A DNA stretch of 64,000 nt, taken from NCBI GenBank assembly GCA_965637545.1, contig OZ281500.1, positions 12,276,001 to 12,340,000 on the forward strand, written 5' to 3'. Position 1 is the first letter of the stretch; each line of letters starts with the position of its first letter. The stretch comes from Phallusia mammillata. Taxonomy: Eukaryota. The position numbers were made by a program, and so were the translations under genes. The notes below the pieces were generated by a model, which was given only the letters and a program-made list of their open reading frames with translations, was not told the DNA's origin and ran no database searches. Below, in pieces: positions 24,901-36,900 of this stretch.

Positions 24901-27900
24901 GCGAAACGGACAGTTTCTTCGCAGAAGCAGAGCTTTCAGTTTTTTATGCACTAAGCCACGTCAGTTCTGTTGCCGCCAAAAACGCGCCTAGACAAACCGG
25001 TTTCCACCACCAATGTAGCCCTAGCGCACTTTGACTTTGGTTAACCTTATTTGACGATTTACATAATATTTGCAAGTCACTGGTAATTTGATTTCTCACA
25101 CCGTCGACATTCTATCCTACAGAAAAAATATTTTTAATGTCAAAGCAATAATTTTGACTGTAAGTGATATATAGGCTACAATTAAAAAAAACTTTAGTGC
25201 TTAATTGCTTATAACTCTTCTGTTTAGGCTCTGATTGTATGCATGCATTAAAAACCTAAAGTTTTCATACGCCATACAGTATTTATTTGTTAATGAATGC
25301 AAGCAATCTCTTGCAGACTTAGACTTTTTAATTTCGTAAAAAGTGCTACATCATGTTTCTTGAACGTCTTTTAAGCAGCTAAAAGGTTAAAGATGTTATT
25401 TTATCAGTCAATATACATAAAACACGTTATTGTTTAAATTGTGCATCGCAAATATTTTAAATTACATTGTAAAGTTTTATACCTGTTCAAATAATACCGA
25501 ACAGTAAACACTTGCTATTTGTATGTAGATGGCGACTCGGGCCGGGTTGAAGTATTGAACAGCAATGATCAGTATGATCTTTTATTTATTGCCTGCCAGG
25601 ATTATGTCGCTCAGAATCCACGAGAAATCAGCTTGACTATCGGCGACTTGGTCACTGGTAAGTTGTGTTCGAAAAACAACTTGTGTGTTGCTTGTGTTTA
25701 TTTAAAGCTGTATGTTTGTGAAAGAATGTGCGCACTCAAATTAGGCTCAAGTTATTGTTTAGAATTTAGATCTTGAAGACAGAAGAAGTGTGAAATATAA
25801 CATATAGATTTGAGGCTAACCTTGCGCCTTTTTATAGTTTTAAGTATGTTTGCTCTGTATTGTACAGCAGTGAAAATAAAGCAAGCTATCAAAATGTTGA
25901 TTGCAATACAATATTATTAGTGATTTCGACACCGAGTTTGTGAACGGTTTTCGTGAGTCTTTTTACAGGATTAAAGTTTACCTCCATACAAATTGTTTAA
26001 CAACTTTAATAAATCTGCGACTGGTTGCGCTGAGGCAAAAATAGTCTGCGTAAAGGTTACTTAATTGAGCTATCTTACAGCAATGTGTACATATTAGCCT
26101 ACATTTTTTATGAAAAAATTAGCACCTAAGAATACGGCTGACATAGCATTTTAAACTTGTCGCGCCTACATGGAAAGTTTCTGAATTAATGCAAACCTAC
26201 GCTACAGCTTAATTAAGTTGGTTTGATCCTAGCGCGATGCGGTTTGAGTGAGTTAGAAAACGGCTGATATCCAAAGGGCGTTTAGTGTGGTAAGCCTGTA
26301 AAGTGTAATGTTGTAACTTGTTGCCTATATTGGTAAGGTCAAGAATTCCACTTCATTTTTTTAAAAAAACTTCATTTTTTTCGGTTTTGCCTATTGTGTG
26401 CAATATAGGAACAAGTTGCAACATTACACATTACCGGCTTACCAGTAGTTTATAAATTTCCAATCTAAAATTCCTGCAGTTAGACATTTTGAAGGAATGA
26501 TGATGCATGTATTTGTCATCAATTTTTTTAATGAACATTACCAAGTAATCTAGGCCCGGCTGTTTTATGATGTCGATTCACAGTAAAAATAGTTGCATGG
26601 CTTAACATGGAGCGTTGCTGGTACGTTTGGGTTGGTGGTAAAATTAGGCGCAAACTGTGTGAAGTTGGCCAGCGACGCAAACAGACCAGCAGATCTGTTT
26701 GTGATTGATTGGAAAGTTGTCACGTGTTTCGATAGCGACGCAACGTCACTGCGATCTGCACGATTTTGCAATGGATTTTTTTTTGCTGTCAACTTTTGCC
26801 CTGCTTTGCTGTGTGTTGCTGACCCCAATGCAGATTTTTGGAAGATAGATATAGTTGTCAGATAAGTGAACTACTTGTTGTTAATGATAGAAAATATAAT
26901 AACGCCAGAGAAGTTTGCTATGCTTTCTGTTTAAAGAGTTGGTGCTATGTTTTTATGGGAAAAGGATAGTGTTATATGCATCTAGTTAAGTAGTATGCAA
27001 CACAACCCAATAGTAGCTGAGAACTTCTTTACTTTGCACAATCGTCAGTTTAAGCTTCAATATCAAATTTAGCCAAGGGCGTTTTCTCGCATTTATCTCA
27101 TAAACTGTGGTGAAAGAGATTTTGTCGCTGTTTCAAACGAGAAATTTAGCATTAAAACTTGGCACTAAACAATTCCCGGGATATTTCCCTTTTCAAAGCT
27201 TCGTCCTCTCGTTATATAGTAAAACCGTCTTTATTGTGCCAGTGAAAGTTTGGGCGTTGTGGAATTGTACGTCTGACGTCGATTTCGTTGGTTTTAACTA
27301 AAGCAAGTTACGAAAGAATTTCTATTTAAATATGAGGAGAGAAGGTTAAGAATTTCTGAAAAGCAATAATAACGTTCGCCACAAAGTACTTACTTGTTTC
27401 GATGGAGCCGGCTCAACCGAACTATAAGCGTTGCTGGTTGATTAAAGTGTTTTGCACACCTCTGATGCAACCACATACAAATGATTCAGGCAACGAGATT
27501 TTATCTGTTCGCTTTGACGTGGACTTGACATTAAACCAAAATCAGATGCAAATAAACTGAATCGGACATGAGCCACCTCTTCTCGCTGTGCGTGTGATTC
27601 ATAGGTCAAAAAAGCGAGGCATGTGTGATTATTGCTGGAAAATGTCGTTGAAATGGTAACATTGTAGATTTGTGTAGCTTAAAGGTGTTTGATTTTGGCG
27701 TTGAGAAAAACAACTTATGCATGATAAAATCGTTAACATATGTAACCTCTCATTATGAAAATATGTAACCAGGAATTGCATTCCTTGGTTATTAAATTTC
27801 CCACCTTTATTATTTGATAAAGTGTCCAAATGTGTACAACACACCTTTGCATTAATTTCCTTCGATTACTCGAGGCTAGATTATAAGTAATCGTTGCCTA

Positions 27901-30900
27901 TTAAATTTTTCAACTTTTAATGCAAAGGGCAGTCGCCATTTGTGCGCCTACACTCACGCTTAGTTTTGTGTGTAGCGTGGTAAGGTTGATCGCGTGTCAC
28001 TGGCCAAAGACCATTTTCCGTGATCACGTTTGTTGCTTCAATCGTTAAACTGCACCACGCACTGGTCATTACCAACAACCTATTTCTCTTTCGACGAATC
28101 CGTGGCTAAAATCAAATGCGCACGAAATAAGGTTGCTCGCGTTGGCGTAATCGTGATGGCTATTGCGTCAACTAAGGCCTTTTGCCCATTCGAGCGGTCT
28201 GATATCGGATTTTAGCTCATAGGCCGCCACTTGCCCCAGGCAAACATATGTAAGTGACGTGGGCGCCACAAGGCGGCTTTTAGCAGACTTGCCCTGAGTT
28301 GTTCGCACGTGAAAATGCCTTTGTTTTGCAGTTTAGCGCTAAACATTGCTGGTGGTATCAAGTCTTTGTCTGACCAGTAAGATTTCAGAAGCACAATAGA
28401 TGTGTCTGTGTTTTACCCCATTGGAAAGTGATCTGAGGCAATAGCCATGTGAATCCCTTTAATACGGTCGCACGGTTAAACAGGCGTGTTTTAGGGCCAG
28501 GCAACATGTTAACGCTTTTCAATGTTTGTACAGGACCGTATCACATAAAGATATGCAGTTGACGTCATGTACATCGAGAATAAACATTGCCAGGTTTCTG
28601 ATTCAGTTTCTGTGGTGTGTTAGCCAAGCGCGCTAAATGATGTACAACAGCATGGTAGGGCAGGTTACGGCACAGATGGTCGCCTGTGTAACGTTTGTCG
28701 CTCCAAAGAACGTGTTTCTGTATGAACATGGTTTAGGTATACAGAATCGAACGCATGCTAGAGCATTACCATTTTGAATTAAACCAACTTAAGTACAAAA
28801 AATAAAGCTGCAAACAAAAGTTTGTCAAAAAGAAACGTGCAAGATCATTGGTGTACACATGTTATTAATATCACAGAAAAAAATTATGCAGTTATTTAGT
28901 TTAAGACGACTTCAAGCAATTTATGATTTTACGATATTGACATTTTTCGGACAACCTATTGTTAGCTGGTTTTCTTGCGGTACAATTACAAGATATGAAA
29001 ATCAAGTTTACAAGCAAATGTAGTTGTGCATGTAATTTACGTTGTCATGTTTTGACTGGCGATTGTACACGGCTGTGCTTCAAGTGCTTATGGCGCATCA
29101 ATTGGCCCAAGCAAGTACCTCTTGGGATGAGTTTCAGCAAAGCAGACCTGTAGCCTCCGTTCGCCAGTCGAAGGCTGCCGCTGGTTAACAACGATTTAAC
29201 ACTTATACGTACTATTGGCGTCTTTTTCCTGTGAATAACTATAGTTCGCCGTGCTTTATAGCTGCCGTGCCACGACCAACATTTTTTTCCTATTGTTGTC
29301 AGACAAAACACTGACAACGGTTTGTGTCAATATTGGAAAGGCGCGTTTACTCGCCCGTCTTGGGTGTAGGAATTAGCAATTTCGGTCGTTACAATCAGTC
29401 GCAGAGCCAAACAGTCAGTTTATGGTAGTTTGTCATGTTAACTGAAGGTATTTTAGGCAAGCTGATATATATGTATACGAAGTTAGGCCTTTTTTGCCTA
29501 TAATTCTCACACAAATGATATATTTCGTCGATTGTAAAACGATCTTAGCTTCGGTCAGATTTATCGCTTTAACCCCTTAACTTTGAGCGCTAATTACAAA
29601 TGATCTCTGTTCTAGGAGCTATAATATCCAGGCCGTAAGTTGTCATTTTGTTCAATTAGTTTCCTCTGATGGTGGAATCTACCAAGTCGAGGGTTATTGC
29701 TGTGGAAAAGTCGGATCAGATGTCGGTATATTCCCGTTGGATTGCGTACAAGCTGTGAAACTTCGTCGATCCAAACCAAGCTATGGTGAGTGCAATGTGT
29801 CTTCGCTCACAATCTTTGTTTGTGTTGATCAAAACCTTCGATCATTGCCTGGAGCGAGTTGCCGAATTCACTTGTGTATGGTGAACTGCACAATGCTGTA
29901 TATTCAACGCACATAGGTATTTGGCTGCAACCGCCGTCCAAGGTTAGAATAACATAAAAGTTACCCGCCAGTTCAACATTCGTTTCTCTGTTTTGCGGTG
30001 CACAGCAAACAAACATTACCCAGTGTGCATCAAAAAGAGATGTAGTGAATCTTGATTGTTACGCACTGTGTTTTGCCAATTTGGAAAAACATCATGTGAA
30101 TCATTTCTTTTAGAAAAGGTATGCTTCTTTTGACAAAAACAAATAGCAATAAAATTGCCCAAATTTCCTCCTTTTTTAATTCGGTTTGTGCTTAATATCT
30201 TTGCCTTTAAATACAGCCAAAAACACTTTAACAGCCTCTACTTTGTTGATGAAAGTATGATAGGTCTATAAATGATGCACACAATCCGCAATGCCAAAAA
30301 GTGTCTTAGGTTTTCGCTAAATAATTTCAAATGTCACATATTCATTGCCTTGACAGGTGGAACGTTGAGCGCAGCTGAAACGAACAAAAATTCTTCGAGC
30401 AAAATCAGGTTTGTGTGAAATGTTAAAAGTAGAAGATTTGCTTTCTAAGACTGTGGTTGCTGATTTCTCATTGAACCGCACGTGCCCTTATTAATATTTC
30501 ATACCCCCATCAGCTATTAGTAGATAACGAAGGTCTCTATTAACAAGTCCTATGCACACAAATCGTGGCTGTGAGGCGCCGCACTTTCAACACACGCCCT
30601 GTTCAATTAATTATGGTAGGTTGTTAACACCCATATTTGGCTTGTTATGGTTCGTCTTCATTTGCGCTTATCTTTAGCCTGCTTTAGCTCGAGTTGCCCA
30701 AAGAATAAATACTACCTTCTGTATTTTTTTTAATGTTTGTGTACTTCCGTTACGAAATACTTGCGTTAGCTAACATATCACTTATAAAACACATATTTAG
30801 CGTGGTATTTTCATTCTACAATTTTTGTTTTCGTTGCTTGATTTTACTTTCTCGTTCTAAAAATATATAGGGAAAAAAGTTTAAATGTTACATTATTGGT

Positions 30901-33900
30901 GATAAAAAAAATTATTGAACAATTTTGTGTAAAAATTGTAACTTCGGTTATCTTATGTTCAGTGAATTGTCGGAGGAAAACGTTATGCGGCAACAAAACT
31001 CAACTTCAAGCCTTTCGGCGTCAAACATTAGCAACCCAATGATCTCAACCTCAAATCCCGATGTATTTCATCAAATTTTTGATGTCGTTTTAAAGAAAGG
31101 CGCTGATGGATACGGCTTCGTTTTAAGAGGCGCAAAATGTAAGTCACGAAAGTTAATCTTTTCTCAAAATCATAATTCTGTAATATATTGTCAGTTAAAG
31201 CGAACAAATGTTCAAGAGTATTATTATTTTTATTCTGTAAGTTGTTTTGGTGAAAGGAAATCAAAAGTGTAACAAAAACCTTATCTAATAGTGGTTCAAA
31301 ATAACAAAACACACCCTTGTTATATCTCCTTGTGCATTTGCTCGCTACCACCCATAATATCCACAAAAACGACCTTGCTTCTACAATACATACCATGGAT
31401 TGGTTTAATAAGTAACTTGGTGTCGGAATTCAACCCTTCAGACGCCTTTATTAAATCCAAGATGTTATCTAAACTCTCAACCCGACTACATTCTTACCGC
31501 TTTCAAGCGCTAGGTGTCTTAAGCAATCATACCAGTAGTGACACAACAATTAAAGCATATTTACCCAGATCGTAAAGCAAACTTGCGTTTATTGTGTGCA
31601 TTACATGCTTCAGCTGGTTCTGTAGTAAAACGGCCAAGTGGATTTGCCCTAAAATACCTAAAATGTCCGCATTTGCCTTGTAAATCAGACTTTCAATAAA
31701 TACAAAAAACAGCAGTGTATAGAGTTTTTTTTTAATTTTTCAGGACAAAATTTTATTTCTTATGTTTGTTTGCAGCCGAAGGACCAATAGAGAAATTTGC
31801 GGCCACACCCGAATATCCAGCACTTCAGTATCTTGAGTCGGTCGAAAATGGAAGTAATGCGCATAGAGTGGGTTTGCGCGCTGGACATTACATACTTAAG
31901 GTATGGCACACAATTACCGGGTCTCGTTGGTGATTTTTGATGCAGGGGAGAGCACGTTTTAATTGCATGGTTCGCGTGAAAACGTTTGTTCTGTTTACTG
32001 ATTAGGGAAAGCCAAAATTAGCAAAAATAGTTTCTGACAAAGGTCAGTCGTGCAATTTATGCCTCGACTTTTAGTGTTACCTGTAATGCAAATGCATTGA
32101 CATGCATTTTTCAGTAGCAAATTAACATAAATATTTCTCAATTAAGTGCCTAGAACAGTGGTTCTCAACCTTTTTGCCTTTGCGGACCCCTTTTGGATGA
32201 CAAGCTAATCGCGGACCCCTTTGAACGTTTTGGTATTTTTTGTCTTTTTTTTTTATTAACAAGCAACCCAAAAAAGGTGCAGAATATACCAACCACGTTT
32301 GGTCCAGGACCAAAATTTCAATCACTTTGACTGGGCTGCGACGTCGGAACTCAATAATAAAGAGCCATTACATTGTGATGTGACGTTGTTTGCCACTGAA
32401 AATCTACCTCTGTTGCACCACAATGGGGTTAAAATGTCACAATGCATTTTAGTTCGTCGCCTATGAAGAACGATTTTAAACAAATTTCATGCTATTTTAA
32501 AACGCTGAGACATATTTTTTAAATAGCGCTTTATTAATATCGCTATCTGCAAAATTAGGAAGTTGTCGCGGACCCCCGGTTGAGAACCACTGGCCTAGAA
32601 CGTAATAAAATTAGGCATAATATTAACATGCTACAAATTGCGTTTTTTTAATTCATTCACATGTGAATGTACTTTATGGCATTTTCATTACTTTTCCGCC
32701 CCATTTAATTTGACAAATATCTGCCATGAAACTGCAAACTTGGGTACTCGTATTTGAAAACGTCGCAGATCCAATTGTTTGTGTCTTGAAACATATTTAT
32801 TGCCGTGAAGGTAATTCATTTTATCTCAAATCATAACATCGCTTTAATTCGTTGTTGGTTGGTTATACGGCACATGTGTTTTGTTCAGATTAACGACAAA
32901 GATGTATCATGTATCGGTCATCGTCAAATTGTTGACACGATTCGATGTGCTGGTGATCCACTGCGCATGCGCGTGGCCAACGTTGTTGTCCGAAATGAGC
33001 ACCAAAATGGCAAAGGTTGGTTTTTGTGAACAAGTAAACAAAAAATGACTATGTGTACAAAATTTGGTCTTTTATACATACCACAATGCCATATGCGAAG
33101 ATTTTGCAATTGACATGTGTAAAATACCACAGTAATCATTTTAGGCCAATGTTTTTCATTTGAAAAGCCAATTCATGGGACCTGGCAACCTTGTTGTTTT
33201 TACAACAATTGTCAAACAAAAAAAGAAAACATACTTATATCGGTTCCCATGGATGCATCTGTCATCAACTGTTGTGTTTGTTTTGCTATGTAAAGCTGCA
33301 CTTTTTCGTTCGTGTGATCCAAAATCCTGGAAAAGTAATCCAGTTCAGTTTCAAGTACCCTCGATGTTCGGAGCGAATTTGGTAATGCTAGACGTGCGCA
33401 AAGTTAAGTGGTGCTACATCATCGAGTAGGGATGCTACAACCGGTTTGTTTGACCAGTTGCTGTTTTTTAAACGCGCTTTTAAAACTGTTGCCAGCGTCT
33501 TTGTGTAGTTTAGTGACTATTTTTGTGTCAGGTACAGTTTGTAGTTACCGCAAGGCAGAAATGCAGTTTAGTGTTAAAATTAGCAGTGTAGTTTTCAGTG
33601 TTGACGAAATGTTTGTTACTGTGAATAGAACTGCGCTACGTTTATCAGTTTTGTGCAGTGTTTTTTTTAAGGTGTTTTGGGGGACCGAAACGGGCGGTTT
33701 CCCAAAATTTGGAAATGGCTATTTTTTGGTATTTAAATGAAACACTTGCGGTCTCTTAAAACTACTTAGCGGTCACCCAAACCAAACCTTAAAAAAAACC
33801 TGGTTTTGTGTACCCTATGCCGTAGCTTTGTGCGAGTAACATTTATTGTCGCGGACCTGCGTAAAAGTTGTGGTATGTCCAACAGAGAGCAAACAAAGCA

Positions 33901-36900
33901 AGAATTGCTCAATGGCTTAGGCTTTTGTGTGAACTATTCAGTAAATACACAAAGGCCTTTAAACCTACCTTAGACTGTTTAGAATGTTCGACCTTGCAAA
34001 ATCTTTAGAACGTAAACAATGTTGGTTAGGCAAAACTTTACCTTGCTTACTTTGGCCATTTGCTTGGGGCAATACTTTAGCAATTTGCGTGCTTGACTTT
34101 TTAAGGGCATGCGAAAGTGGAGGGCGAATCACTGTCATAAAATATAGGTAGTTGTCAATTTGCACAATGTGCCCCCAAAACACGCTCCCTAACGGTTTGT
34201 TGTTGATTTTTAATCTGTCGGTAAATCGATTTGCAAAACGTTATGTTATGACTTTTTTTAAGCTACAGAAAATGCCTTTTTTCTGGTCTGGTCACACTAA
34301 CAACAAGATTTAGTATTATTGTGAAGAATATCTTTTTTCATGCTTGGCATTTCATTTGAAAAACGCAACGTCGAAGGCATATTAATGTTTTTGCCCAAAT
34401 CATTTACTCAATCAATTATTTACGCCTGAAAAGTAAAAGTGAACCATTAAACGTGCTGAGGCGAAACCTTAACGGTTGATCGCCAGACGCCGGTTTATTT
34501 TTCTTACCTTTGGTTTCCATCAAAATTGTTTTCCTATGAAACGCATTGGGTGATTTTGCGTCACGGCGCTAATCTTATTGTGCCCGTACTTGCCTAGACT
34601 CTAATCTAGTCTTATTTGCTGTGAAGGATTTGCAAGATTTTAAAAGCAAGGTAGGTATAGTCTGAAGTGCTGTAAGCTTGTGGCAGGTACATGTTTTGCG
34701 TGTTTTCAGTTCAGTGAAAGTTTTAGTGGTAAAAAAGTTTTAGGTGCAACTGAGCGTAAATAATGAAGATGCAAGAAATACGTAGGCTAAACAGCCTAGC
34801 TACTGTGTGGCCCCAAACTATATCTTAAAAATGCTACTGTGTGGCCCCAAACTGTATCTTAAAAATGTCAAAAACGCTTATTCAATACATAAATGTCTAA
34901 CAGTCGGTGTAGTATAAGCTTATTAGGCAACCTGTTTCAGAAAATTACTGTTTGTGGTAAGTCTGTGCGCGCAGTACAAAGTTAAGTTGATACTTCAGAT
35001 GTCGTATCGCGTAACATAACGCTCTTGCGGTATAAAAAGTGCGTGAGAATTCGCCGAACTGTTGCTTTTCCCCCAGCAGCGTTCAGTGTGGACACACCAC
35101 TTTCGCTATAATAACGTTGTATACACCTTAATCAGCAGTAATTCGCATTGTAAGGCCACTCTACGCTTGTGGTAGAAATAATTTGATCCCTGTCACGTTG
35201 TGTCAGCTAGCTCTCTGGTTTCTTTCCTTTGTTAGCGCATAATGCCTACTGTCTATTGTGGAACGCGTTTTCAATCGTCACTTTTTATCAGGCCTGGCAT
35301 TCCAGCACGAAGTGGAAATGGCTGGTGACAGTATGTAGCAGAGCAGTCTACAATGACAGTGACTGTGTTCAGTACATAGCCTTGACATCAATGTAAGTGT
35401 TGTCTTTAGCAAACAGGTCAGAACAAATGTTTACTAGAACAGGAACAGAGAATTGACGTAGGTCGTTTCGTGTAAATGACGCCGCTGCATTAAATCTTTT
35501 AAGGAATTTATAGTTTACAAATGTTGGGTCAGTTGTTGGATTGCGAAGTATGCGCAAACAGAAGAGTTACACGATTTCGCAAGCTGGATTCCAGACCAAG
35601 AAGCGTTCTTATTTCAGAAAGTTCTTCTCTGCCCACACAAAACGTGATCATTTTTTTCGTTTAGCTAAATTGACTTTTGTCTGTTTTTTTATGAAATGGA
35701 TTCAGTGTCAACAATTTTCTTAAAACCCTTTGACATAACATTTAACATTTTTAATTTTGATGCTTTTGGGAAATTTTTGGTATTTTTTGATGAAATGTAT
35801 TTCGTTTGTAACCAGAAAAAGGTTCGGTGAGTGATGACGTTCGGAGTGAGGCATCATGCTCCACCGGTTCATCAATCGACTTACCATTTACTACGTCACC
35901 AAAACACAAACATAATCCGTCCACGTCATCAGTTGGCGGTGACCGTCTGTCCCGATCCGGTTCCATTGGATCAGCAATAGGTTTGTTGCAGATATTGTAG
36001 CTATTGTTTTGTAATTCCTCCCAGCCCACTTGGAAAAAATTTTTGAGCTGTTTTGTCATCTCTCTTTACTTGAGGTAACTTTCGTTAAAGGGTTGTGCCA
36101 TATCAGGGCCATATTGATTGCCCTGATACTTGTCACAGTACAGTTGTCACAGTAGGTTAGTCAAAATTGTTAAACAATGGAAAAATTTGTTGAACATTGC
36201 ATTGCATGTAGAGTTGTGCAGCAATTAAGTCTGAACAAGTACATGCTCTACAATAAATGAAATTAGGATGAAACCTTGTTTCGTCTTATGCGGTTTGTAG
36301 ACAAAGCTTTTTTTCAGCTAGAATCACTTTCGTTTTAAGGTTGACAGATTTTACCAAACAAGAGCGCCAATACAGCAGATACTCAACAAGCATGTACACA
36401 CAAATTGTAATTTCATTTTTTCCCTTTAGCTTACAATGCAACTCTTTACGACTTCTTTGGTGCTGTCTCGTTTTTTTTTCTTGCAAACTGTTTGCTCAAT
36501 ATTTACATATAAATAATGAAAGATTTAAAATCGTCGTGTATACGTTTCCTCGTAAAACTCACAAATAGTCTGCTAAAGAAACTGAGCCCCATGTATTTGT
36601 GGTGATGTCATATGTCTGCTGTACTCACAATAGCTCGGTAGATCGTACAACCCATTTTTTCGATGTTTTGGGGTCCTTCAAAGCAGGTCGAACCTGATTT
36701 GATGGCAAATTACCTTCCAATAAAAGTCAGATTGTCCTAAAATGTTTCCGGTATAAAATTCTTTTGACCAACAGCCACTGGGTCGGGTTGAACTAATAGA
36801 AGCGTTTTTGCATTACAATACGTATTGAAGAATTTTATCTTTAAATCTTTTTTGAACAAATTAAATTTTCTGCTTGCAAGTTTTGCTATAGTGTCCTGAT

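Noticed and set aside
35230-35398. Strong GTAAGT donor in a SHANK intron as a further first exon
   Set aside because: The frame compatible with the next exon has a TGA three codons upstream; at most a non-coding exon, unsupported.
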